This document shows positions 28,560-38,575 of a stretch of 64,000 bases of DNA, piece by piece. A program made the translations under genes and the position numbers. Source of the stretch: an uncultured Candidatus Saccharibacteria bacterium (lineage in GTDB: Bacteria; Patescibacteriota; Minisyncoccia; Phycocordibacterales; UBA9973); the NCBI GenBank assembly GCA_964474435.1, contig CAYYSI010000002.1, positions 26,193-90,192 of the forward strand, written 5' to 3'. The notes under the pieces are model-generated. The model was not told the DNA's origin. It saw only the letters and a program-made list of their open reading frames with translations, and ran no database searches. The first letter of the stretch is position 1. Every line of letters starts with the position of its first letter.

Positions 28560-29234
28560 CTAGTTCATTTCATCGGCTATCAGCTTCCCATCCCCAAGCG
28601 TAATGATACGGTGTGTGAGTGCTGCGTATTCTGGTTCATGAGTCACCATGATGATGGTCTGGCCTTCCTTGTTGAGCTCGAGGAATGCATCAAGCACATT
28701 GCGGGAGGTTTCTGAGTCGAGGTTTGCCGTTGGTTCATCTGCAAAGACAATTTTCGGATTGTGCCCAATCGCACGTGCGATCGACACGCGCTGTTGTTGA
28801 CCTCCCGAGAGCTGTCCCGGCAAGTTGTGCATACGATCCCCGAGTCCGATACGCGTGAGTGCTGCGGCAGCTTTTTTCACAGCTTCTTTTTCGGACACGC
28901 CTTGCATAAGGAGTGGCACCATCACATTTTCGAGTGCGGTGAGTGTCGGCAGGATCGCATAGTCCTGGAAGATATATCCAAGCGCATGGAGTCGCAGGAG
29001 TGTTTGTTCGTTGTCAGAGAGTTTAGTTATATCGATACCATCGATGAGCACAGTGCCGTCCGTTGGCCGATCGAGGAGTCCGAGTTGGTACAACAACGTC
29101 GACTTCCCACTTCCCGATCGTCCCGTGATCGCGACAAACTGTCCTTCGGGTATGGCAAATGACACATCATCGACGGCGCGAATCTCGTCTTCTCCACTTT
29201 TGAATATTTTGAATAAGTTTTTGACGGTAATCAT
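28560..29234 (-). CDS. ABC transporter ATP-binding protein (LolD/MacB-like)
   Basis: GRSGSGKST, LSGGQQQR, ADEPT. Confidence 0.95.
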   Translation of the reverse strand: MITVKNLFKIFKSGEDEIRAVDDVSFAIPEGQFVAITGRSGSGKSTLLYQLGLLDRPTDGTVLIDGIDITKLSDNEQTLLRLHALGYIFQDYAILPTLTALENVMVPLLMQGVSEKEAVKKAAAALTRIGLGDRMHNLPGQLSGGQQQRVSIARAIGHNPKIVFADEPTANLDSETSRNVLDAFLELNKEGQTIIMVTHEPEYAALTHRIITLGDGKLIADEMN

Positions 29235-29269
29235 AGGATTTTATTTATCGGAAAAAGAAATGTTCATGA

Positions 29270-30547
29270 TTATCTTCCCAATATTGCTGATAATGTATTT
29301 TGCTTGATGACAATACGTGCGGGAATGTAGCCTGCCACGATCGTTGCAACGAGCAAGATCACCATACGGATAAATGTGCCGCCGACTGTGGCAACGAGAA
29401 TACCATCAGAGAATGGGAAATCAATCGGATGTGCGACGAATAGTGGTTTGAGCAATGCAAACACTACGAATCCTCCGATGATCGAACCAGCAAGTGCATA
29501 AAAAATAGATTGGATCATGTATGAGATCGCGATGGCACGGGGTGCGATGCCGATCCCTTTGAGGATCCCAATGTATCGGCGTCGTGTGATGGCGTTCACA
29601 AAGATGACGATGAAGATCGTGATCGCCGCAACGACCAATCCGATCGAGGAGATCGCATTTCCAAGTATGCCAAATGTTGCCTGGATATCCTTGAGGAACT
29701 TTGGCAGTGCTTCATCATGTGTTTGGACGCGACCATAGTCACCCACTCCACTTTGGATAAGCATTGCCTTGGCTTGCACGGGATCAGTACCAGGCGTGAG
29801 CTGGATGGCGATTTGGTTTGCATTGTAATCAGAGCGCCCAATGAGTTTGCGTGCCTCAGAGTCGAGCATGACCACTGAGCTATCAAAGGTGTCGACCTTG
29901 CTCGAGATGATGCCTTTTACATAATATTCCTTTTGCACATCACCGATCGTAATCTTGATACGAGACCCGATCGAGACATCCTTAAGAGTTTGAAATCCTG
30001 GCGCTTCGATTGGCGTGTATTTGTAAAGCAGGTTTTTGCCCAGGACGACTGAGTCACTATCCCCTGGTTCGATAAATGATCCTTCGACAATAAATTTATC
30101 AACACCAGAAAACGCGTGCTCATTCGTTGGATCAATACCCAACAGCGACCCTCCAGCTCCATCACGAAGTTCGTCCGGACGAATCGTTGTTCGATAATTT
30201 GATTCAACACGTGCACTTCCCGTATAGCGCACTGCGAGTGCCTTGTACCCCGGCAATGTCTTTGCGATGGCAACGGCTTCGGGAGTGTGTTCGATGTATG
30301 CCTTGTTCAAAAATGGCGAGACCAAGATATCGCCTGATGAATATTGTTTGTCTGCACTGACTGACCCTTCGATCAATCCGACAAGGATACCCGAGACAAC
30401 GACGAGGTTAAGGAATGTGAGCAACATCACAAAGACGATGAGTGCTGTCGTCCATGGATTGGCGCGTTTGAGATCACGCTTGGCAAGAAAAAGCCCGACA
30501 ACACCGTCGATATGGAGTCGTTTCCAGTAGCTTTTCTTTGCAGGCAT
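29270..30547 (-). CDS. FtsX/MacB-like ABC permease
   Basis: TM, large extracellular domain, three TMs; IGILKGIG, YIPAR. Confidence 0.88.
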   Translation of the reverse strand: MPAKKSYWKRLHIDGVVGLFLAKRDLKRANPWTTALIVFVMLLTFLNLVVVSGILVGLIEGSVSADKQYSSGDILVSPFLNKAYIEHTPEAVAIAKTLPGYKALAVRYTGSARVESNYRTTIRPDELRDGAGGSLLGIDPTNEHAFSGVDKFIVEGSFIEPGDSDSVVLGKNLLYKYTPIEAPGFQTLKDVSIGSRIKITIGDVQKEYYVKGIISSKVDTFDSSVVMLDSEARKLIGRSDYNANQIAIQLTPGTDPVQAKAMLIQSGVGDYGRVQTHDEALPKFLKDIQATFGILGNAISSIGLVVAAITIFIVIFVNAITRRRYIGILKGIGIAPRAIAISYMIQSIFYALAGSIIGGFVVFALLKPLFVAHPIDFPFSDGILVATVGGTFIRMVILLVATIVAGYIPARIVIKQNTLSAILGR

Positions 30548-30548
30548 A

Positions 30549-32009
30549 TTATTTGGCAGCGGGTGCAGTCCAGAGCACCTTGTCACCTTCGACGAGTCCA
30601 CTTTGTATTTCGACCAAATCTCCGTCACCCTTGAGTCCTGTAGTGACCACACGCTCAAATGTCTTTTGGTGTCGTTCGTCAGTGACAAATGCAACCGTAG
30701 TCACACCATCTTTGGTGGTGAGCACGCGACCTGGGACCACAAGGATGTTATCGATCGACGCAGTGCGCACGGTCATGTTTGCAGTCATCCCTGGTCTGAT
30801 ACCATCAGTCTCTGTGAGAAGTGCCTTGATTTTGTAATTGACGACATTGTTTTCAATCGTTGCGGCAGGATCGATCGAGGAGACTGTTGCCTGATACGTG
30901 TCTCCACTAAATGCATCAAAGGTAACCGTGACTGACTGACCAAGTGCAACACTTTTGATATTGCTTTCGTTGACGTTTGCTTCGAGGTAGAGGTTGGATA
31001 CATCTTGGAGTGCGATCGCCTGTTTACCAATCTGTGGTATTTCACCAACCTTTACATCCACTGCAGTGATCGTGCCATCTGCCGGTGCGCGAAGGATCGT
31101 CTTTTCAAGTGCTGCATTTGCACTGTCGACTCCTGCTTGTGCAGTCACAAGGTCTGCAAGTGCTGCGTCCACATCGGGTTGTCGTGCCGTTGCGCGAGTG
31201 ATATCAAGGGCGGCCTGCTTTTCATCCACTGCTGCCTTGTTTGCAATGTATGACGCGCTCTCAACATTGGGGATTGTGACGGTCCACTTTTCATTACTAA
31301 ATTGTGATTGCGATCCTGACGGAAATTGGATGTAGAGCCCTTTGGTACCGAGTGGTACTGGTGTCAGATCGCTAGCACGAAGTTTGCCACGCTCAAGTCC
31401 ACTATAGATAAGCGTGTTTTGCGCAGTCGTATCAAGCTCGAGCATGTACACACCTTCGGTCCCTGTGTATGTACCAGAAATAACGGGTGTGATGGCAGTA
31501 TTTGCATTAGAAGGATCTTCGGACTTTGCAAAGAGGTCGTCACTCATGAGTGCGCGGCGAGCGTTTTCGAGTTGTACCTGCGCAAGCTTCACTTCCTGAC
31601 TTGAAGAACCTTCGAGGACCTTGTTGTAGCGAGCACGTGCCGCAAGGAGGGCACCTTTTGCAGAACTCACCGCTGCACGCTCAGTACCATTTGAAAGGTT
31701 TGCGAGGATGTCCCCTTTTTTGACCTTTGTCCCGACCACTACCTTGATACTTGAGACCATCTTGCTCTGCTCAAATCCGAGAGAGAGATCAGTCGAGCTC
31801 ACCACTGACCCACTTGCCGCAATCGTGCGCACGAGGTTTTGGCGCTTCACGGTTTCAATAGCGGTGTCTCCTGTATCGCCTCCACGTTTAAATATAATGA
31901 GAAGGACGATGGCAAGAAGCACGCCATACAAGATCTTGCGGCGAGTTGATTGGCGTTTCCACCAGCCCAAGATGCGCTTGGGTATTGATTGTTTGATCGG
32001 TGTATTCAT
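30549..32009 (-). CDS. MacA/HlyD-like adaptor subunit
   Basis: V.VG..VKKGD.LA, LRAPADG.I, RPGMTAN, SGL.EGD.V. Confidence 0.9.
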   Translation of the reverse strand: MNTPIKQSIPKRILGWWKRQSTRRKILYGVLLAIVLLIIFKRGGDTGDTAIETVKRQNLVRTIAASGSVVSSTDLSLGFEQSKMVSSIKVVVGTKVKKGDILANLSNGTERAAVSSAKGALLAARARYNKVLEGSSSQEVKLAQVQLENARRALMSDDLFAKSEDPSNANTAITPVISGTYTGTEGVYMLELDTTAQNTLIYSGLERGKLRASDLTPVPLGTKGLYIQFPSGSQSQFSNEKWTVTIPNVESASYIANKAAVDEKQAALDITRATARQPDVDAALADLVTAQAGVDSANAALEKTILRAPADGTITAVDVKVGEIPQIGKQAIALQDVSNLYLEANVNESNIKSVALGQSVTVTFDAFSGDTYQATVSSIDPAATIENNVVNYKIKALLTETDGIRPGMTANMTVRTASIDNILVVPGRVLTTKDGVTTVAFVTDERHQKTFERVVTTGLKGDGDLVEIQSGLVEGDKVLWTAPAAK

Positions 32010-32029
32010 AGGGGTGATACTAGCACAAG

Positions 32030-32560
32030 CTATTTAATAGCCAAAAGAGTTACATCAAAGATAAGGGTTGCATTTGGTGGGATCGCTCCAGGCACCCCAC
32101 TTGCACCGTAGGCGAGATCTGCAGGGATTGTCAGCGTCCGACTCTCTCCAACCTTCATACCAAGCACTCCATCATCCCACCCTTTGATCACGCGACCTGC
32201 ACCAAGCGGAAATGAGAATCCTTCTGCGCTATGCTTTGCACTTGCATCAAAGACCGTACCATCTTCAAGTTTGCCGACATAACTGACGACTGCAGTCTGT
32301 CCGTTTACGATTTTTTCTCCCGTTCCTTCTTTTGTTGTTTCGATTTTCATATTATTTTTATACGTGATTTTATTTTTTGATAATGGCGGCTTTGCATCGT
32401 ACGTTGGTGCTGGAAGTGGCTCCTGTGGACCAGCAAGTGTTGCATCTGGTGGTGGCAACTGTGCTCGAGAGGCATCGAAACGCTTCGCTGCCCGTACTCC
32501 AATAATGCCGATCACGGCGACGATCAAAACGATACCGATCCATACTTTTGCATGCTTCAT
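32030..32560 (-). CDS. FKBP-type peptidyl-prolyl isomerase with N-terminal anchor
   Basis: Y.G.L.DG.VFD, VIKGWD.G, LAYG..G..G.IPPNATL.F. Confidence 0.95.
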   Translation of the reverse strand: MKHAKVWIGIVLIVAVIGIIGVRAAKRFDASRAQLPPPDATLAGPQEPLPAPTYDAKPPLSKNKITYKNNMKIETTKEGTGEKIVNGQTAVVSYVGKLEDGTVFDASAKHSAEGFSFPLGAGRVIKGWDDGVLGMKVGESRTLTIPADLAYGASGVPGAIPPNATLIFDVTLLAIK

Positions 32561-32598
32561 AGAAGTCTAGTATAGCATGTCGCCTTGGAGGGGGCTGA

Positions 32599-34464
32599 TT
32601 AGCGCACCTCAAATGCCTGATCTGCCTTGATGCTTGCAACGAGCGGCGCAAACATTTCTTCTACTTCTGTATCGGTCAGCGTTTTGTCGGTAGCTTGAAA
32701 TACAAGTCGATATGCAACACTCGTACGACCGTCTTTGGTAAATCGATCAAACTGCACCGCATCGCGCGCACAGTGCTGTTGTGCAAATGCGTGCACAAGG
32801 TCGGCAAGCTTCTTTTCATCTTGCTCATTCCCTACCCACACGGCAATATCGCGCGTGATGAATGGATATGGAGACCATGCCTTGAATGGTTGTGAAAGGG
32901 AGGCGAGTTCGAGTGAAACATTGTCTGTAACGATCGCATGCTCCTTTATATATTCTTCCAATGTCGTCTCTTTAACATTCCCCTTTTCAATAGTTGCCAC
33001 GTGGATTTCTTCACGATCTGCAAAAAACACAGTCCCGATTTCAAACAATTTCACTTCTTCGATACCCAGGAGTGCGGCGTTTAAACGATTGAGATCATAA
33101 CTTTCTTTGAGTCCATCAGAGAGATTGGTACGAAGTGCGGATTTATCTTTGGGGCCACGTGCGATATATACATCCCCCTTTTTGCGAAATGCATACGTCA
33201 TGACTTCGCGGTATCCATCATGGACAAGCCATGCTCGAGCTGCACGCATGCTCTGGTACGTCGGACTATCATCGACAGGAAGTGTAAATGGAAGTGCTGC
33301 AGACTTGATCGTGTCATACCCCATCACGCGACCTATTTCTTCGGCAATGTCGTGTGCCCCAGTAAGGTCGATACGTTTGTACGGCGCGTGCAATGTAAAA
33401 GTGTCGCCATCATTTGTGTACTCATAATGGTATCGCTTGAACACGGTGTGAATCGTCTCTGCGGTGACACTTGGTCCCAGGAGTCGCGCAATGTCTAGAA
33501 CGGTGAAGGTGATAATGGTTTGCTCAACTGGCTTTGGGTAGTATTCAAATATGCTTGTTGCTTCTCCACCTGCGATGTCTTTGATCAGTGCAATGACCTG
33601 ACTCGCAGCAGATGATGCGATCTGACACGTGAGGTCATTTTCAAATCGTTTGGATGCATCGGTGATCAGTCCGAGCGCGCGAGACGTTTTGCGGATAGAT
33701 GTTGGTTCAAAATTTCCGACTTCAATAATAATAGTTTTAGTGGGTGCGGAGGAAAGTGCCCCATCCGAGTGGTCTGGTACTGACCCGAAGGCCTCTGTTA
33801 ATCCTTCTGAATCGGCACTTTCCGGAGCACCAGATACAATCTCGGCACTCTTGCCACCTTTCACACCTGCAATCGCAAGTGGAGCGAGGTAGTCAGCGAT
33901 GACGAGCATGCTTGGATTGAGTTCTTTTTCTTCACCAGAGAGTGTCGTGATGTGTTCATGCTCATGTGCCATGCGGACGACAATCCCTCCATCGATCGCA
34001 CTTGCATCAAAGGCATGGATTGGTTGTCCACGATCAAAGAGCACGTAGTTGGTCGCATCCACAATGTTGTTGATACTTTTCTGTCCGATATTCGTCAGTG
34101 CCTTTGCAAGCCACGCCGGTGACGGTCCGACATTTACGCTCTCCATCTTGATTGCGATGTACCGACGACAAAGTTCGCTTTGCACTTCAACCTTGAGATC
34201 AAGTGGCTTTTCAGGCAGCACTGTTGGTGCAAGGGGTTTGAGTGTGAGTCCGAGGAGTCCTGCAACTTCACGTGCCATACCATAATGTCCCAGAGCATCA
34301 TGTGCACGATCGGGCAAAACCTTGATATCCATGATCGTGTCGTCATCAACCATTTCCATATCCTCTACTTCAAACGCACCAAATATAATCGTCTGCTTGA
34401 GCGATTCTGGATCAGGCAGCTTTTCCTCAATATGTTTTTGTAGCCAGTTATATGAGTATTTCAT
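32599..34464 (-). CDS. pheT: Phenylalanine--tRNA ligase beta subunit (no B2 domain; ~30-aa insert)
   Basis: P.R.HD..G..G.ARE, INNIVD.TNY, GQP.HAFD, R.D....DIAEEI.R..GY, RDIA. Confidence 0.94.
   Translation of the reverse strand: MKYSYNWLQKHIEEKLPDPESLKQTIIFGAFEVEDMEMVDDDTIMDIKVLPDRAHDALGHYGMAREVAGLLGLTLKPLAPTVLPEKPLDLKVEVQSELCRRYIAIKMESVNVGPSPAWLAKALTNIGQKSINNIVDATNYVLFDRGQPIHAFDASAIDGGIVVRMAHEHEHITTLSGEEKELNPSMLVIADYLAPLAIAGVKGGKSAEIVSGAPESADSEGLTEAFGSVPDHSDGALSSAPTKTIIIEVGNFEPTSIRKTSRALGLITDASKRFENDLTCQIASSAASQVIALIKDIAGGEATSIFEYYPKPVEQTIITFTVLDIARLLGPSVTAETIHTVFKRYHYEYTNDGDTFTLHAPYKRIDLTGAHDIAEEIGRVMGYDTIKSAALPFTLPVDDSPTYQSMRAARAWLVHDGYREVMTYAFRKKGDVYIARGPKDKSALRTNLSDGLKESYDLNRLNAALLGIEEVKLFEIGTVFFADREEIHVATIEKGNVKETTLEEYIKEHAIVTDNVSLELASLSQPFKAWSPYPFITRDIAVWVGNEQDEKKLADLVHAFAQQHCARDAVQFDRFTKDGRTSVAYRLVFQATDKTLTDTEVEEMFAPLVASIKADQAFEVR
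33743..33831. repeat. Palindromic element in frame within pheT
   Basis: GGTGC-N3-GGAAAGTGCC ... GGCACTTTCC-N3-GCACC arms coincide with the extra peptide. Confidence 0.65.
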
Positions 34465-34466
34465 AG

Positions 34467-34697
34467 TTATGAGAAATCTATATTATTTTCAGCAAGGATA
34501 GTTTTTAATTCTCGTAAGTCTTTAGGGGTAAAGCCAGGCATGTTCTCATGTACAAAATACGCCTCACCCTTTGCAACAATATCGGAAAGGTTTATTAAAT
34601 TTTGAGAGCGAAGCAATTGATCAAGGCGAAGACTAATCTGAACATCGTCAATGCTTTTTCCCTGCTCAAATTGTTTGTTGAAGTTTATTTCACTCAT
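34467..34697 (-). CDS. Small protein resembling RNA polymerase alpha C-terminal domain
   Basis: SIDDVQISLR...L...NL..LSDIV.K.E......PGF..K.L.ELK..L spacing matches alphaCTD. Confidence 0.55.
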   Translation of the reverse strand: MSEINFNKQFEQGKSIDDVQISLRLDQLLRSQNLINLSDIVAKGEAYFVHENMPGFTPKDLRELKTILAENNIDFS

Positions 34698-34701
34698 ACT
34701 A

Positions 34702-35391
34702 TTAAAATTGATTGAACCGCAGATCGCCCTGATACGCGAGACGCACGTCAGAGATACCAAACTTCACATTCGCGAGTCGATCGATACCCATACCAAATGC
34801 AAATCCCGTATATGCCTTTGGGTCGTATCCTGCATTGGTGAGCACATTTGGATGCACCATGCCGGCACCACAGACTTCAAGCCACTTCTCACCAACCTTC
34901 ACGTCGACTTCAAATCCCGGTTCGACGAATGGAAAGAAGCTTGGGCGCAATCTGATATCTGCACTTTCTCCAAAAAGCTCTTTGAAAAATGAAAGGAGTG
35001 TGCCCTTGAGGTGCTCGACCGTGATACCCTCGCCCACAACCAATCCTTCGAGTTGATAAAACTGCATTTCATGTGTCGCATCAGTTGCTTCGTTGCGAAA
35101 TACTTTGCCCGGCACGACGATCGCAAATGGTGGTGTGTGGTTTTGCATGTAGCGGATCTGGACCGGACTCGTATGTGTACGCATCACAAATCCTGGTTTG
35201 TCCTTGATCCAAAAGGTGTCTTGCATGTCACGAGCTGGGTGATCCTTCGGGACATTGAGCGCATCAAAGTTGTGCCATTCATCCTCAAGCTCTGGCCCCA
35301 GCGCAACCGAGAAGCCTTGTTTAGCAAGGATAGAGACTGCTTCTTCGGTGACCAATGTCAGTGGGTGCAATGCACCTTTGGGGATTTCCAT
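34702..35391 (-). CDS. pheS: Phenylalanine--tRNA ligase alpha subunit (no N-terminal coiled coil)
   Basis: NFDALN.P.DHPARDMQDTF, RTHTS, FPFVEP, GFAFGMG.DR. Confidence 0.97.
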   Translation of the reverse strand: MEIPKGALHPLTLVTEEAVSILAKQGFSVALGPELEDEWHNFDALNVPKDHPARDMQDTFWIKDKPGFVMRTHTSPVQIRYMQNHTPPFAIVVPGKVFRNEATDATHEMQFYQLEGLVVGEGITVEHLKGTLLSFFKELFGESADIRLRPSFFPFVEPGFEVDVKVGEKWLEVCGAGMVHPNVLTNAGYDPKAYTGFAFGMGIDRLANVKFGISDVRLAYQGDLRFNQF

Positions 35392-35494
35392 GTATGGAAA
35401 CTATACAGAAAATGGAGGTTTTTTACAATTTTGGGAAATAAAAAAGCATCCCAATATAATCTGAGATGCTAATTAAAACTTTTGAATCAAATGA

Positions 35495-35695
35495 TCATTC
35501 TTCTAACGTGATCTCGGGTAACAATTTTTTAGCCTCTTCAGTGTTACCGCTTTCTACAGCCTTTAGAAACTTCTGATTTGTTTCTTTCTGCTTTTCTTGT
35601 TCAGCAGGCTTATCGAATTCATTCCATTGATCTGTTAGACATGACCATTTTTCATCACTTGTACAAGTACAAAACTCTCGACGACATTCTGCCAT
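35495..35695 (-). CDS. Small Cys-containing hypothetical protein
   Basis: 66-aa ORF with TTGACA-16-TAATAT promoter; four N-terminal Cys. Confidence 0.5.
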   Translation of the reverse strand: MAECRREFCTCTSDEKWSCLTDQWNEFDKPAEQEKQKETNQKFLKAVESGNTEEAKKLLPEITLEE

Positions 35696-35743
35696 GGCTT
35701 TAATATTTGCCTAGATATTACTCCTGGTCATGGATATGTCAAT

Positions 35744-36679
35744 TTATTTGAAGATCTTTTTCACCTTATCAAAAATTTTCCCAAACGGACTCTTCACCTT
35801 CCCCGCACACCCCTTTGGACAATACGTCATTCCCTTTTTATCCATCTGGGCTTTCTCGCATGATTCACAAATAATGAACTGGCCGTTGCATGCACCACTT
35901 CGGCAGTCAACGATGTTCTCTGATTTGGTGCCACAGTTTTCGCAGGTGCCGATAATGACATGCTTTGGGTCGTCCGTATAAAATCCCATCGCCACACGTC
36001 CATCAAAGACATAGAGCTTGCCTTCGAAGTCTTCGTTTGGATATTTCTCCATATAGCTCACGATCCCACCATCGAGCTGATACACATCCGTGAATCCTTG
36101 GCTGAGCAAATACCCTGACGCCTTTTCACAACGCACGCCGCCAGTACAAACAGTAAGCACGGTTTTATTTTTAAGATGCGCGAGACTCTTCACTACCTTT
36201 TGCAGATCACGGAAATTATTCATCGGAGGACAGATAGAGTCCTTGAACTTCCCAATCGCATGCTCGTACGCGTTGCGCATGTCTACTATATAGAACTCTT
36301 TACCTTCGGCAATCCATTGGTGCAGTTCTTCGGGCTTGAGATGGATACCAGTCATAACGTTCGGATCAATATCACAGACGCCGAGATGTAGTGACACGAT
36401 TTCTGGGCGGACTTTTACTGAGAGTCTTGGGAAGGCATTTCCTGTCCCAACACTTCGCTTCATGTGGATGTTCAAAAAGCGCTCATCTTTTTCCATTTCC
36501 TTGATGAAGGTTTCGGTGTTTTCTATTGCGCCCTCAAGTGTGATGTTCAACCCTTCGGTTGCAACGATCAGTCGCCCTTTGAGCCCAAGCTTTTCACACA
36601 ACGCAAAAAGCCACTCACGAGTTTGCTCGGGGTTTTCGATACGGACGTATTTATAGAATAAGAGAATCTGATATTCCAT
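35744..36679 (-). CDS. trhO: Rhodanese-domain tRNA U34 hydroxylase-like protein (TrhO/YceA)
   Basis: LFYKY, GR..VA.EG.N, D.RN.YE..IG.F, CTGGVRCEK, GKLYVFD.R. Confidence 0.88.
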   Translation of the reverse strand: MEYQILLFYKYVRIENPEQTREWLFALCEKLGLKGRLIVATEGLNITLEGAIENTETFIKEMEKDERFLNIHMKRSVGTGNAFPRLSVKVRPEIVSLHLGVCDIDPNVMTGIHLKPEELHQWIAEGKEFYIVDMRNAYEHAIGKFKDSICPPMNNFRDLQKVVKSLAHLKNKTVLTVCTGGVRCEKASGYLLSQGFTDVYQLDGGIVSYMEKYPNEDFEGKLYVFDGRVAMGFYTDDPKHVIIGTCENCGTKSENIVDCRSGACNGQFIICESCEKAQMDKKGMTYCPKGCAGKVKSPFGKIFDKVKKIFK

Positions 36680-36708
36680 AGTCGCTAGCTTAGCAGAATT
36701 TTGTAGAC

Positions 36709-37137
36709 TTACCAATTATGCTCTCGTTCTTCGTCAACTGTCGTATCTTTCTTTTGGAGATCGAGACATACGCCATTCATACAATACCTGTTACCAGTTG
36801 CGGTTGGGCCATCATTAAAGACGTGCCCGAGGTGGCTCTTGCATCGCGCACATACGACTTCGGTGCGTCGCATACCATGACTGTCATCAACCACTTCCTC
36901 TACAGCTCCAGGGATCGCCTGATCAAATGACGGCCAGCCAGTGCCACTATCAAACTTCGCATCGCTTGCAAAGAGTGGGTTGCCACACGCCGCACACATA
37001 TATGTACCGCTCGCCTTTTCATGTACGAGTTCACTACTCATCCGTGCCTCAGTCCCCTTGCCCCGCAATACTTCGTATTGCTCGGGTGTGAGCTCTGCCT
37101 TCCATTCTTCTTCTGTTTTGATGATTTTATCAGTCAT
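36709..37137 (-). CDS. msrB: Methionine-R-sulfoxide reductase
   Basis: KFDSGTGWPSF, HLGHVF.DGP, RYC.N. Confidence 0.97.
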   Translation of the reverse strand: MTDKIIKTEEEWKAELTPEQYEVLRGKGTEARMSSELVHEKASGTYMCAACGNPLFASDAKFDSGTGWPSFDQAIPGAVEEVVDDSHGMRRTEVVCARCKSHLGHVFNDGPTATGNRYCMNGVCLDLQKKDTTVDEEREHNW

Positions 37138-37142
37138 AGATT

Positions 37143-37697
37143 TTATTTCTTATAGATGTCTTGTAATAGATTAGCGTACTTCGCCTGCACCTTTTCAAGC
37201 TTTGGATTGATCACGGCTATGCAATAGCCAGCATTTTCGTGATTGGAATAATAATCCTTGTGATAGTCCTCCGCCTCATAGAATGTATCGAGTGGTTCAA
37301 CTGTTGTGACAATCGGTACACCCATTTCATTTGAAGCATTTGCATCCTTGATATATCTTTCTGCAATGTCTTTTTGTTCAGGTGTTGTATAAAACACGAC
37401 TGATCGATATTGTGTGCCAATATCATTTCCTTGTCTGTTAAGTGTCGTCGGATCATGACTGCCCATAAAGACTGTGAAGAGGTCTTCGTATTTCACAAGC
37501 GATGGATCGTATTCGATCTTCACCACTTCTGCATGACCTGTAGTGCCATCACAGACCTGCTCGTATGTTGGGTTCGCAACAGTCCCACCCGCGTATCCAG
37601 GAAGAACCGAACTCACACCCTTCATCATCTTGAACACTGCCTCCGTACACCAAAAGCACCCTCCACCAAATACTGCTGTTTGTGTATTCTTATCCAT
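37143..37697 (-). CDS. msrA: Methionine-S-sulfoxide reductase
   Basis: GGGCFWC, TGHAEVV, RQGND.GTQYRS, AEDYH. Confidence 0.97.
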   Translation of the reverse strand: MDKNTQTAVFGGGCFWCTEAVFKMMKGVSSVLPGYAGGTVANPTYEQVCDGTTGHAEVVKIEYDPSLVKYEDLFTVFMGSHDPTTLNRQGNDIGTQYRSVVFYTTPEQKDIAERYIKDANASNEMGVPIVTTVEPLDTFYEAEDYHKDYYSNHENAGYCIAVINPKLEKVQAKYANLLQDIYKK

Positions 37698-37757
37698 ATA
37701 TAAACTGTAGCATAGTCGTCAAGTAAAAAATCCGCCTTTCGACGGATTTATAAATTT

Positions 37758-38522
37758 TTAGAATTCAATCAATAAAGGAGAGTGGTCAGAAACTTCTTCT
37801 GGTAAAACCTTGAAATTTTTCACTACTATTCCTTTTGAAACAAGAATGTAGTCAGCAAATTTATCAGGCTTCTCATAAAAAGAGGTTCGAGTGGAAGTAA
37901 TAGCGCACTCTTTGATAAGATTTCGCAGGCCACATTTTTCAAGTATTGCCATACTTAAGGTATCAGGAAGCAAGTTAAAATCTCCACAGAATACTATTTC
38001 CCCTTTCAACGATCTAAGAAAGGATGCGATTTTTTGCGATTGCTCAATTCTCTCTGTACAATCTTTTTTTCCTTTTCCATTCCATAGCCCATGAAAGTTT
38101 ATAATGGTTATTTTCTTTCCATCAATTCCAAGAGTTAGGTACTGAATATTTCTCGCATGATTTCCGACATCACCAGTAGGGATATATCCTTTGTGTTTAT
38201 ACACAAAAACTTCTCCTTCATCGAAAAATTTGATGTCTTTGCGGGCAAACACAAGTAATCCGTAGTGATCAAAATAATGAGGCCTGAAATACGCATAATG
38301 ATGTGAGAGCACTGATGCTATTTCCTGTTTACCTTGCGTCATAATATTTTCCTGATCCAATTCTCTTTGTGCAATTTTTTGGCCTTTAAGATCAGGATAT
38401 GGCGCCGCCCATATTTCTTGTAAACAAAACACATCGATAGTGTTTCGATACTGCTCAAAGAATGCCAAAAGTTTTTCTTTACCAGCCAATCCACCCCAAG
38501 TATTAAGTGTGATTATTTTCAT
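37758..38522 (-). CDS. Endonuclease/exonuclease/phosphatase family protein
   Basis: TLN, LQE, GDFN, DYI, SDH.P; AT-rich with own promoter. Confidence 0.9.
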   Translation of the reverse strand: MKIITLNTWGGLAGKEKLLAFFEQYRNTIDVFCLQEIWAAPYPDLKGQKIAQRELDQENIMTQGKQEIASVLSHHYAYFRPHYFDHYGLLVFARKDIKFFDEGEVFVYKHKGYIPTGDVGNHARNIQYLTLGIDGKKITIINFHGLWNGKGKKDCTERIEQSQKIASFLRSLKGEIVFCGDFNLLPDTLSMAILEKCGLRNLIKECAITSTRTSFYEKPDKFADYILVSKGIVVKNFKVLPEEVSDHSPLLIEF

Positions 38523-38575
38523 TTTAAATAAGTTTAGTTTGAATTACTCTACTTATTTTTCTAAATAAGTCAAAC

